From positions 124,001 to 188,000 of the forward strand of contig JABVCE010000007.1 of NCBI GenBank assembly GCA_014905635.1: a DNA stretch of 64,000 bases, written 5' to 3'. The notes beneath the pieces are model-generated. The model had not been told where the DNA came from. It did no database searches and was given only the letters and a program-made list of their open reading frames with translations. Below are positions 42,137 through 52,841 of the stretch, one piece after another. This stretch comes from Scenedesmus sp. PABB004 (taxonomy: Eukaryota). The position numbers and the translations under genes are program-made. How positions within the stretch are numbered: the stretch's first letter is position 1; each line of letters starts with the position of its first letter.

Positions 42137-42470
42137 GCTGGCTGCGCCGAGGCCGCGCGCGCTGTGCGCGCCGGACCGCCCGCGCTCGCGCGGCGGGGTG
42201 GCCGGGTTAAGCCGCGACGCTGGAGGGTCTCGCGCCCGCGCTCGACAGCCGCAGCTCGAGCAGCAGCCCTTGTGGCGTGGGGCGCCTCTCGCGCGGGCGC
42301 CTGAGTGCGACGGAGCGGCGCGACGGGGTCGCGGCTGGGCGCGCAACGTGGCGCGCGCTGCGGTGCTGTCGCTGGGCCGCCGCGGCCGCGGCGGTTCCGC
42401 TGGGCGCCGCCGCCGCCGTGGCGTGCGCGGCCGCCGCCGCGGCCGCCGCCACTCCGCCGCCGCCGGCGCC

Positions 42471-43319
42471 ATGCTCGCCCTGCAGCAGCCGCCGCCCCTG
42501 CGGCACCCCGCGGCGCCCGGCGCCACCGCAGCGGCGCGGCGGCGCGGCGGGGGAGCAGCACGCGCGGCGAGCGGCGGCCCGCGCCGCCGGCCGCCGGGCG
42601 GCGGCCGGGCAGCAGCAGCCGGCGCCGCCGCTGGCAGCGACAGTCTCTGGCGGCGCGCGGTCGGCGCTGCGCCGCCGGCGTGGCCGCCCTTCCTGGGCGC
42701 GCTCGCGGCCGCCGGCGCGTCGCTGGGGACGGCGCTCGACCTCATCCACTCGCGCGTCGGCCTGCAGGTCTACGACGCCGCGCCGCTCACGCTCGGCCCG
42801 GCGCCAGGGCTGCCGACCTCCGCCGCCGTGCCGGCGCTGCTCGCGGCGTTTTACGCCGTGCTCGGCGCGCTCGCGTGCGGCGCGGACAACCTCGCGGGCG
42901 GCGACGGCGACGCGGCGACCGCGGCGGCGCGCGCGCGCGCGGCGCGCGGCCTCGCGGCGTGGGTCGCGCCCTGCGGCGCCGCGCTCGCGGCGAGCCTCGC
43001 GGCCTCGGCGGCGCTGTACGAGCGCGGCGCGCCGCCCGCCAGCATCGCCGCGGTGCTCGCCGCCCTGACGGCGGCAAACTGGGCCGCGTGGGACCGCACC
43101 GCGCAAGGCGCCGCGCTGATGGCGCTCTGCGGCGTCGGCGCGCCCGCGGCGGAGCTGGTGCTCATGGCGGCCACGCACTGCTGGCACTACCCGGCGGCCG
43201 ACTTGAGCGTCGGCGGCGGCCCGGGGATCGTCGCGTGGGTGCCCTGGTGCTACGCGTTCTACGTGCCGTTTGTAGCAAACCTCGCGCGCTGGACGTGGCG
43301 CCGCAGCGGCGGCGGGTGA
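42471..43319 (+). CDS. INSIG-like multi-pass membrane protein with a transit-like N-terminus; intronless
   Basis: GASLGTALDLIHSRVGLQVYD..VPALLAAFYAVLG..WAAWDRT..CGVGAPAAELVLM..CWHYP.AD..WVPWCYAFYVPFVANLARW resembles the plant/algal INSIG-domain family. Confidence 0.75.
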   Translation: MLALQQPPPLRHPAAPGATAAARRRGGGAARAASGGPRRRPPGGGRAAAAGAAAGSDSLWRRAVGAAPPAWPPFLGALAAAGASLGTALDLIHSRVGLQVYDAAPLTLGPAPGLPTSAAVPALLAAFYAVLGALACGADNLAGGDGDAATAAARARAARGLAAWVAPCGAALAASLAASAALYERGAPPASIAAVLAALTAANWAAWDRTAQGAALMALCGVGAPAAELVLMAATHCWHYPAADLSVGGGPGIVAWVPWCYAFYVPFVANLARWTWRRSGGG

Positions 43320-43415
43320 CGCGCGCGGCGGGGCGGCAGGCTGCAGCGGTAACACGGCCGGAGCACGGCCGGAGCACGGCCGGAGCGCCGCGGCGCCGGC
43401 CCGCGCTGCTCGAGG

Positions 43416-43821
43416 TCACCCTGGCGCCGCCGCCGGCGGGCGCTCCGCGCCTGCGGCGGGCCGCAGCAGCTCCGCGTAGAGCGCCGCCACGCCGCGCCGC
43501 AGCTCATCGCGCTGCGCCGCCTCCAGCGAACTACGGCGCGCGCCGCCGCGCGGCGCGGGGGGTTGGGCGCGGCTGAGCGACGCGCGCGCGACGCGCGTGC
43601 TGCCCGGCCGCGCGCTGCGCTCACACGTGCACCACCGCGCCGCGCGCCTCCACGCGCCCGGCGGCGCTGGCACGCGCCGCCGCACGCTCAGCGGCCGCGG
43701 CGGCCGCTTCGGCGGTGGGAAAGCCCAGCGACCCGCAGAAGCAGTAGCAGTGGCTGGCGCCGCGCAGCGGCGCCGCTGCCGGCACCGCGCCCGCGGGTGG
43801 CGCTGGCGCCGCGGCGGCCAT
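43416..43821 (-). CDS. Small Pcc1/LAGE3-like protein (KEOPS subunit fold), divergent; 2 exons
   Basis: ATG at 43821, intron 43624-43531 (GTGAGC..TAG), stop at 43416. The product ..[57 protein letters not shown] follows the Pcc1 pattern FP....A..a..-.v.g..l.v...A.....LR..v..f. Confidence 0.5.
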
Positions 43822-44057
43822 CGCCCCCGCCGTGTTTCTGACTGCCCGGAGCAGGAGGAGGAAGCAGCGGCGCCGACTGGCGACTGGAGCAGCGAGGCCG
43901 TCGCGACGCGGTTGACCGGCCACTACCGCACCACTGCGGCGCCACGGGCGACCTCTGGCAGACACCGCACTCCCACGCAGCCAGCGCGTCTCCCGGCGTC
44001 CTGGAGGAGATCAGGCCGAGCAGCGGTGCAGCGCGCGCTCGCGCGGCCGCCGTCGAG

Positions 44058-47052
44058 ATGGGCGACGTGCACTACATCGTGGACAAGCTCAACGCGCCGC
44101 CCTTCTCCCTGGGCGAGAGCCTCGTGAGCTTCAGGTCCGCGCCGCGGCAGGCGCTGCGGACGCCGCCGCGGGGCGCCGCTGCTGCTCACGCCGCGCCTGC
44201 CGCTGACCGCGGCTTGCAGCGAGAAGACGCCCGAGGAGCTGCTGCAGCTGCTGTCCGACGTCTTCGCCCGCATCAGCCCCACCACGCACCAGGCACGCGC
44301 GGCGCGGCTCGCGCGGGCAGCACAGCCGGCCGCCGACCGCCGCCGCGCGCGCGCCGCCCGCAGCGCCATGCCGGCGGCCACGAGACCGCGGAGCAGGCGG
44401 CGGAGCGGCTCGCCGCCTTCCTGCGCACCGTCAAGTTTGCGCCCGGCATGGACGCGTGAGAGGGCGCCGCGCGGCGCGGGCGGGCGGCTTGGCTCCTGCT
44501 GCCTGGCGCGGCTCTCACGTCGCCGCGCGCGCCGCGCCGCAGGCTGACCTTCCGGCAGCTGCTCGCGGCGGCGGACCGCGACACCGTGCACGGCGTGCTC
44601 AAGTGGGTGCTCGCGCAGGGCGCCGCGCTGGAGAAGACCGCGTTCGTGGGCTTCCACCTCAGCCTGCCTGAGGTGCAGCGGCGGCGCGTGGCTGCGCCGC
44701 GGGCACCCGCGCTGCCCGCGCCCGCGCCTGCGCCGCGCGGCTTCCTCCCACGCGGCTGCCCGGCCCGCCGCCAGATGCCGGAGGAGCTGGGGTACCACCC
44801 CGAGGTGCTGGAGCTCAAAGACGCCATCCGGTCGCTGCAGGGCGAGTTTGTGGCAACGCACAAGGCGCTCGACGCGGCGCACGGCGGCGTCAAGTGCGGC
44901 GCGCGCTCGCGTCTCGCGCTGGTGCCGGCGCCGCGCGTGTTGCTGCGTGCGATGCGGACCCGCCGCCGCCGCCGCCGCGCAGGGAGCTTCCGGCGCTGCG
45001 GGCGCGCATCAAGCAGATGGCGGAGGAGAAGGAGCGGCTGGGCGAGAGGGTCGAGGCCGCCGCGGCGGCCGCGGCCACGCTGCCGGACGCGGGCGGCTTC
45101 CGCAACGCGTGCGTGTCGCTGCGCCAGGAGCACGACCGCGAGGTCGCGATCAGCCAGAAGCTGCAGGCGCAGCAGCAGGCGATGGAGCGCGCCGAGGCGG
45201 CGTACGCGCGCAGCGCGGGGCGGCTGCGTGAGATGCAGGCGGCGCTCGCGGCGCAGGGCGGGGGCGACGGCGCGCGCGTGCTGGAGGTGCTGCAGGACGA
45301 CGTGGCGCGCCTGCGCGCGCAGGCACGCGCCGCGCGCCGCTGCGCCGCGCTGGGGCCCCGCAGCCCTGTCACCCTGTGGCGCGCGACGTGGCTGAGGCGC
45401 CGGCGCGGCGCTCCGGCAGGTGACGACGCGCTTGCCGCGCGAGCTGGAGGCCAAGCAGCGCCGCCTGGCGGCGGTGCAAGAAACGCTGAGCAACGGCATC
45501 AACACCGAGGCGCGCCGGGGGGCTGCGCATGCGCAGGCGCCGCGCCGCGCGGCGCCGCGGCGCGGCCCGCCCACGCGCCGCCCGCCCGCCCGCCCGCCGC
45601 GCAGGGCGACGTGCAGCGACTGGTGGCGCAGGAGGCGGCGCTGCGGCAGCAGCTCGATGCGACGCAGGAGCGCCTGGACGCGGCGGAGCGCGCGCGTGCG
45701 TCGGACCGGGCGTTCCTGCAGGCGCGCGCGCGCGCGCGGGGGCAGGGCGGCGCCCTGCGCCGGCGGCCCGGCGGCCGCGCGGGAGCGAGCTGCGCCGGGC
45801 CAAACCCCCGCCACGCGATCGCAGGTGCGGCAGGCCCACCAGATGGCGGCGCTGGTCGGCCGCAAGCGCGCCGAGCTGGCCGCCAAGCTGGAGCGCCTGC
45901 AGGAGCGGCGCGACGCGCTGGCGGCGGAGCTGGACAGCAGCGGTGCGTCGCGCGAACGCGTGCGCGCGCTGCGTGCTGCGCGGGCCGCCGCGACCCACCG
46001 CCTCGCTCGCCCGCCGCCGCGCAGGCGCGCGCGTCGGCGCGTGCGGCGTGAGCGACGCGGAGTGGGCGGCCAAGTACGCTGAGATCAAGGCCCAGCTGCC
46101 AGCGTTCAAGGCGCTCAAGCAGCAGCTCGCAGACCTGGAGGCGGAGGCGTTTGTGCTGCAGCGCACGCTGGAGGTGCTGGGGCAGCAGGAGGAGGAGCTG
46201 CGCGGCCGCACGGGCGGCGAGGAGCCGCGCGCGGGCGCCCCGGCTGCGGGCGCGGAGACTGACGAGGCCGGCGGCGCAGAGCTGGTGCGCGCGTGGGGTT
46301 GTGTGTGTGTGTGGGGGGGGGGGGGCTGCAGCTCCTGCCAGCCGGACCGGCTGACTGGCCGCGCCGCGCCGCGTGCTGCGGCCAGGCGGCTGACGACTCC
46401 GACGCGGAGGCCGTTGCAGCGGCGGTGGCGCACCGAAAGGCGGAGCTCGCGCCCGCCATCCAGGAGCTGCGCGCGCTGCGCGCGCAGCACCAGGTGCGGT
46501 GCTGCTGCGCGCAGCGCGGCCGGCCAGGCGCGCGGCGGCCTGGGCGGGCGCGCCCGAGCCGCGGCGGGCCGCTGCGCCGCCGTGCCGGCGCAGGAGCTCG
46601 AGGCGGTGCACGACGAGCGCAAGGCCGCGTACGGCGCAGCCCTGGGTGGGCTGGAGGCGGCGGTGTCGGGGCTGGAGGGCGACGTGGCCGCGCTGGCGGC
46701 CGAGGCGGACGCCGCGGCGGCGGCGCTCGCGCAGGCCAGGGCGCGCGTGGCGGAGCTGGGCGGCAGCGTCGAGCGCCTCGCCGCCGCCGGCGGCGAGGCG
46801 CTGCGCCGCCGGTGCCAGGCGCGGCTGGCGGAGGCCGAGGCCGACCTGCGCCGCCTGCGCGAGCAGCAGCGCGGCGCGCGCGACGCGGCCGCGCACGGCC
46901 AGGCGCAGGCGGCGATGCTGTCCGACCTCGCCGCCCTGCTGGACCTCAAGGCCGGCCTCGCAGCGCAGCAGCAGCACCAGCAGCGCGCGCTCGGCGGCGG
47001 GGCGCAGCAGCTCGGCACGGCCTCGTTCAACGGCAATGTCATGGTGCTGTGA
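44058..47052 (+). CDS. IFT81: Intraflagellar transport protein 81; 12 exons
   Basis: The N-terminal CH domain MGDVHYIVDKLNAPPFSLGESLVSFSEKTPEELLQLLSDVFARISP..LEKTAFVGFHLSLPEMPEE is collinear with Chlamydomonas IFT81, followed by long coiled coils and the C-terminal ..L.DL..LL..K..NVMVL*. Confidence 0.92.
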
Positions 47053-47239
47053 GGGAGGCCCGCCATCGACGACGCTGCTGGCCTGCCGGGGCTGAGGCGG
47101 GCGTGGCGGCGAGGGTCCCTCGAGGGGCGGGGGCGAGCCGTCACACAGCTGTGACTGACCGATCCGTCACACGGCGCGCCCTCTCGGTTGCCGGCCGCGC
47201 GCGCGGCCGCGGCGCGGTGCCGCGCCGCTCCCCGACCCC

Positions 47240-47310
47240 GCCGCCGGAGCGCACGCTCGGGGGGCGCCCTGCCGTGAGGCTTGGCGGCGCCCCCGTCATC
47301 CTCCGGCGGC
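47240..47310 (-). promoter_or_regulatory. SECIS element (type II) in the 3' UTR of the selenoprotein T gene
   Basis: Minus strand: GCCGCCGGAG-G-ATGAC-GGGGGCGCC-GCC-AA-GCC-TCAC-GGC-AG-GGCGCCCCC-CGAG-CGTGCG-CTCCGGCGGC. It shows a 10-bp helix I, AUGA/GA core, 9-bp helix II, unpaired AA and an apical ministem. Confidence 0.92.
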
Positions 47311-47367
47311 CGGCGGGCGGCGCGGCAGGCCCGCGGCCCAGCGCGCGGCGCGGCGCGCCGCCGACTG

Positions 47368-48526
47368 CTAGGCGGCGGCGGCGGCCGCCGCCTCCTGGCG
47401 CAGCTGCTCGCGCGCCTGCTGCTCGCGCGCGCGCTCGCGCGCCACCTCTGACTGCGCGTCCAGCGGCGCGTCGTCGTCGTCGGGCAGGCGCGCCGTGCGC
47501 GCTGCGTCGATGGCGGCCAGCAGCTCGTCCCCGCCCGGCATGCGGTCCACCGCCAGTTTCGAGAACACCTGCGAACGCCAGGCGGCGCGGGCGCGGACGT
47601 CGGCGTGCCGCGCCGGCGCCCCGGGCGGACGGGGCGCCGCCGCGCCCGCGCCCGCGTCCGCGCACCAGCGAGCCGTCAAAGTAAACCTCAAATGCGCCCG
47701 TCGACAGCAGCGCGTTCTGCGTGCGGCGCCGGCGCGGCGGTTTGGGCGGTGGCGCGCGTCCGCCGGCCGCCCGCGCTGCTCGGGCCCGCGGGCCTGGCGC
47801 GCGCGCCGCCGCCGCGCGCGCGCCTGCACCACGTTGCCGGCGAACCACACGCCCACGCCCACGCCGAGCTTGTTCGGCGCGACGTGGGCGGCGTACCACG
47901 CCGGCGGCGCGGCGCGGCCGAGCGCCTCAAACAGGCGCTCGCCGGCCGCGATGCCCACAAACGCCGCCATCTGCGCCGCCCCCACCACCTGCGCCGCGCC
48001 GGCCTTGACACGCGGCACGGGGAACACACTGCCCACCACCTGCGGCGGCCGGCGGCGGTCGTCGGCGGTCGTCCGCGGCCAATCGGCCGGTGACTCCGCG
48101 CCGCGCGCCGCGCCGCAGGCCCCCCCCTCCCCGCCGCGCCTGCATGCCAGGGTAGCGCTGCTCCAGCAGCTGCTTGACCTGCATGAAGGCGCCCCTGCCG
48201 GGGCGCGGCGCGGCTTAGCTCAGGCGGGCGCGAGCGCCGCGGCGCGGCGCAGATGGCGGCGCACGCACTTGTAGGATCAGGATGAACAGTAAGCGATGTG
48301 CGCGCGCCCGCCCAGGCTCAGGCCGCGGTCCACGTCCAGCTACGGCGCCGGCGGCGGCGGGGTGGGCGGCGCGCCGGCGCGGGCAGTCGCCGCTGCTCGG
48401 CCAGCGGCGCATACGCCGTGCGCTCACCTCCACGGGCGGCGGCGCGGCCGCCTCGCGCATAAAGCGCGCGATGTCGCCGCCGAATACGACCGCCAGCACC
48501 AGGAGCGGCACCAGCGCGGCGCGCAT
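47368..48526 (-). CDS. SELENOT: Selenoprotein T (Rdx family) with in-frame UGA selenocysteine; 6 exons
   Basis: Signal peptide; exon 2 (48339-48269) encodes HIAYCSS-U-SYK with TGA at 48279-48277 (CxxU motif). It continues GAFMQVKQLLEQRYPGMQVVGSVFP..NALLSTGAFEVYFDGSLVFSKL..RMP, and a SECIS lies downstream. Confidence 0.95.
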
Positions 48527-49302
48527 GGCTCCTGGCGAGCGGCGGCAACAGCGGTTGCGGCGCGAGAGCAGCGGCGGCGACGGAACACACAGCTGCCGGG
48601 CGCGACAGCCGACACGTGGGCTTCTGGCGGGCGTCCAGGCTCGCAGCCCCTCGTCCGCACTCGCCTCACGCGGCAGGCGAGCGGTCGGAGCGCTGCAGGC
48701 GCCGTTCACCGAATGTGCCACGCCCACGCGCTTCGTTCGTCTGCATGATCCCACTGCAGCGCGGCCAGCGGCCGAGCGGCGAGCGGCGAGCAGCTGGCAG
48801 GTGGGCGCTGCAGCGCGGCCACCGGCAGCGCGGCAGATCAGGTGAGGGGGCGCGACGCGGTGCTGTGAGCGCAGAACCGGCGCGCCGGCGGCGTCTCCAG
48901 CGCGCGCCAGGCCGGACTCGGGTGCCACCAGCCAGGCGCTGCTCGGCCTGGGGGCCCCCTGCGGCCGCGCTCTGTGGCGCGGGGGCTTCCGGGGGGTGTG
49001 AGCACGCCGAACGCGGAGGCCGCGCTGCGCGGCGGCCGCCCGGCGCGCGCGGCGGCGCCATCCAGCGGGCAGCAGCAACTGTTTCGCCGGCCAGCGGCGC
49101 CCGCGCGCGCCGGGGGGCGCCGCACCGGCAATCCTGACGGCTCGCGGACCGATCGGGCCGGCTGCGCCGCCCGCCGCCGCCGGCTCACCCGCCCGCCGCC
49201 CGCCGCTCGCGCGGCGCGCGCCGCAGGCCTCGTGTCGCCTGCGACGGGCCCCGCGCGCGCGCGCCGCTGCGCCCCGCAGCAGCAGCAGCAGCCTCCGGCG
49301 CC

Positions 49303-52300
49303 ATGACCCCGCGTGCGCGCCTGCTGGCGGCGGTGCTGGCGCTCGCGGCGGGCGTCGCGGCGGCCGCCGCGCCGCCGGGCGCGGCGCCCGCGCTGCCGGC
49401 CACGCTCGCCGGCACGGGGCCGTCGAAGGTGTGCAGCTGCGCCGCGGACACGCTCGACTCGCCCGCCTGCGCCGGCGCGGTCGACGCGTACTGCGGGCGC
49501 AACAAGACCGCCAACGCCGACTTTTGCGGCGCGCTCGGCGGCGCGGGCGGGAGCGGGGCGCTCGCGACCAACCAGACCGCCGCCGCGGTCGTTGCGGGCT
49601 TCCTGTCCGTCACCTGCAGCCCCGCCAGCAACACCACGCAGATGGAGCCGTGCGCCTGCTTCACGGTGCGCCGCCGCCGCCCTCGCGCGCGGGCGCGGCG
49701 CGCGCGCGGGCGCGGCGCGCGCGTGCCGCCGCGCCGCGCTCGCCCCCCGGCCCCGCACGGCCGCCCGCCGACGCCCGCCGGCGCCCGCCGGCGCCCGCGC
49801 GCGCGCACGCGCGCGCAGGACCCCGGCAGCGACGCGTGCGCGCTCGCGCGCATCAAGCTGTGCGCCCAGGGCGAGCCGCTCTGCGCGCCGCTCTCGCTCG
49901 GCGCGGGGGCGCTGCCCGAGCAGGCCGCGTACGGCGCGGCATATGACGAGGACAACTGCCAGTCCAACTCGGCGATCGAGCTCGAGCTCGTCTTCCCGGG
50001 TGCGCCGCGCGCTGCCTGCGGCGCTGCGCGCACGGACGGCCCGGGCGCAGCAAAACAAGAGGCAGCCGCGGGGGCGCCGCCGCGTTGCCGCAGGCGCGGA
50101 CGCTGGCGGCGCTGACCACACCGCGCCGCGCCGCCGTGCCCGCTGGCCCCCGCAGGCGTGAGCCAGGCGGCGTTCAACCGCAACTATGCGAGCAAGACCG
50201 CGGCCGTGCTCGCCAACGTGACGGGCGTGCCGCTGTCCGACGTGAGCTACAACGTGAGCGGCGTGGGGCCGACCGTGGTCGATGCCGCGCCGGCCGACGA
50301 GGCGGCGCTGCCCGAGCCGGAGGTCGCGGAGGACGCCAACGCGACGACCGCCAAGGAGGTCGCCGCCCAGGTGGAGGTGCTCGCGAAGCGCAACGAGGCG
50401 GTCGCCAAGACCGCGGCAACCGCCGCGGCCGCGGCGGCGGGCAAGGCGACCGCGGCCAAGGAGAGCAAGTCGGACGCGGCGGCCGAGCGTGCGGAGAAGG
50501 ACGCGGCGGACGCCAAGGCCGCGGCCGACGCGGCGGCGGCCAAGGCCGCGGCCGCCAAGGCCGCGGCGGCCAAGGCGGCCGCCGACGCGGCGGCCAAGGC
50601 CAAGGCCGAGGCCGAGGCCGAGGCCGCCAAGGCCAAGCCCGCCGCGGCGAGCGACGAGTCGGGTGCGCGGCGCGCGCGCGCATCGCGGCGCGCGAGCGCG
50701 GCGCCGGCGCGCGGGCTGCGCGCCCGCTCACGCGCCGTTCACTCCCCCCCCTCCCCTCCCCCTCGCAGCCGACGACGCCAAGGCCGAGGCGTCGGCCAAG
50801 TCCAAGTCGTTTGACTCCTGGGGCTCCACGCCGGCCTGCAACTACGCGCAGACGGCCAAGAACGTCAAGCTCGACAAGCTCGGCCGCCCCTGGGGCTACG
50901 ACTCGGCGACGGGCGAGTCGTGCGCGTTCAGGGCCGCCGGCGCCGCCGCCGCCGCGCCGGCGGCCGCGGGCTGGGAGGACGCGCCGGACTGCCCCTACCG
51001 CCTCACCTCGGCCAACGCGCTGCCAGACAAGGTCGGCCGCCTGTGGGGCTACGACTCGGCGACCGGCGACAGCTGCGCGTTCAAGACCCAGAGCTTCGCG
51101 CCTGCGCCTGCGCCCGCAGCCCCAGGTGCGGCGCGCGCGCGTGCCGGGCGCGGTTGGCCAGACTGCGTGCTTGACCAGGCTGTGTGTGCTTGACCAGGCT
51201 GCGTGCTTGACCGTGCACTTGACTAGGCCATACAGCTGTAGAGAGCCGGCCTGCACCTCGCGTTGGGGCGGGCGCGCGCGCGCCGCCGCATCACGCGCGC
51301 GCTCGCTGCCGCTGCGGGCGCAGCACCGAAGCCCGCGCCGGCGCTCCAGCCGGCGCCGGTGCCGCAGCCGGCACCGGTGCCGCAGCCGCAGCCGGCGGCG
51401 CGGCCGGCGCCCCAGCCGGCGCCTCAGCCGCCGCCGGTGCCCCGGCCGGTGCCGCAGCCGGCTCCGGTCGCCCCGGCGCCCGAGCCGGCGCCTGGTGAGG
51501 GCCACCTTCCAGCTGCGCCCCTTTGACCAGTGACCTTGACTAGGCCTTGACCAGAGAGATGCCGAGCCGCCTTGACCAACCCTGCCCCCCCCCTCGTTCA
51601 CACCCACCCGCCCTTTGCCCGCCCGCGCGCGCAGCGCCCAAGCCCGCGCCGGCGCCCCAGCCGGCGCCGGTGCCGCAGCCGCAGCCGGCGCCGGCGGCGG
51701 AGCCCGAGCCCGCGAAGGAGGCGCCCGCGCCTGCGAAGGAGGCGCCCGCTGCACCCGCGCCTGCGAAGGAGGCGCCCGCGCCCGCGAAGGAGGCAGCGGA
51801 GCCACAGCCGCAGCCGGCGGCGGAGCCTGCGCCCGCCGCGCCCGCCGCGTCTGCCAAGGAACGCGCGCCGGCCGCGGAGCCGCCAGCGGCGCCGGTGGAG
51901 GCGCCCCCGCCCGCCGAGAAGGCGGCCGAGCCCGCGAAGGAGGCGCCCGCGCCCGCGGAGGAGGCGCCCGCGCCCCCGCCCGTGTCGGCCGCGGGTGCGA
52001 AGGAGCGCGCCGTGGCGCCGCCCGCCGAGGAGCCGCCGGCGGCGGCCACGACGCCGCCCGCCGAGGAGCCGGCGACCGCTGCGGCGCCGCCCGCCGAGGA
52101 GCCGCCGGCGGCGGCCACGACGCCGCCCGCCGAGGAGCCGGCGACCGCTGCGGCGCCGCCCGCCGAGGAGCCGCCGGCAGCGGCCGCGGCGCCCCCGCCG
52201 AGGCGCCGGCGGGCGGCGAGGCGCCCAAGGGCGCGCGCCGTATGCTTCGCCAGGCGCCCGCGGCCGCGGCCGCGCCGGCGCCGGCCGGCGGCGGCGAACT

Positions 52301-52841
52301 CGCGGTCATGCGCTACAGCCTGGCCGCGCCCAACGCCGCGGCGGCGCGGTCGCGGCTCATGGCCGCGGTCGGCGGCGACGGCGCGGCCTTTTACGACGCG
52401 CTGTCGGCCGGCGGCGTGCCGTTCCGGCCGAGCCTCACGCTCGGCGGGAACAAGCTGCTGTCGGGCGACGTCCCCGCGACGGTCACGATCGACCAGACGG
52501 GCTTGCTCGGCGTGTACGACCCCGCCGCGCTCGGCATCGCGCCGACGCCGCGCGCCGCGCCGGCGGCGCCCGGCGGCGGCGGCGGGCTGAGCCGGGGCGC
52601 GCTGACGGGCATCATCGTCGCGGCGAGCGTGCTCGGCGCGGCGCTGCTCGTGCTGCTGACCTGGTGCTGCTGCTGCCGCAACCGCACGCGCGCGCCGCGC
52701 GCGGCCAAGGCGCAGCGCGTCATGGGCGCCGACGAGGGCATGGTCGCGGAGGCCAAGAAGGCACACGCCGCGCCGCCGGCCGGTGCCGCCGCCGCCGACC
52801 GCGACACGGGCTACGGCGCGACTCTGCGCGATCAATTGTGA
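49303..52841 (+). CDS. Type I membrane/cell-surface protein: Cys-rich N-terminus, two CBM10/dockerin-like repeats, Pro/Ala/Glu-rich stalk, TM helix; apparent 1-bp frameshift at ~52192-52196
   Basis: Signal peptide MTPRARLLAAVLALAAGVAAA; 5 GT-AG introns; two repeats W..P.C....t..N...DK.GR.WGYDSATG.SCAF; PAP/PAEE repeats; TM GALTGIIVAASVLGAALLVLLTWCCCC; stop at 52841. Confidence 0.8.
51171..51577 (+). promoter_or_regulatory. Cluster of 8 same-strand TTGAC(C/T) (W-box-like) motifs in two introns
   Basis: TTGACY starts at 51171, 51190, 51207, 51219, 51523, 51536, 51547 and 51572. Confidence 0.55.
52018..52180 (+). repeat. Coding tandem repeat with a 69-bp unit (PPAEEPPAAATTPPAEEPATAAA), about 2.3 copies
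   Basis: Near-identical direct repeats are visible in both the DNA and the translation. Confidence 0.85.
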
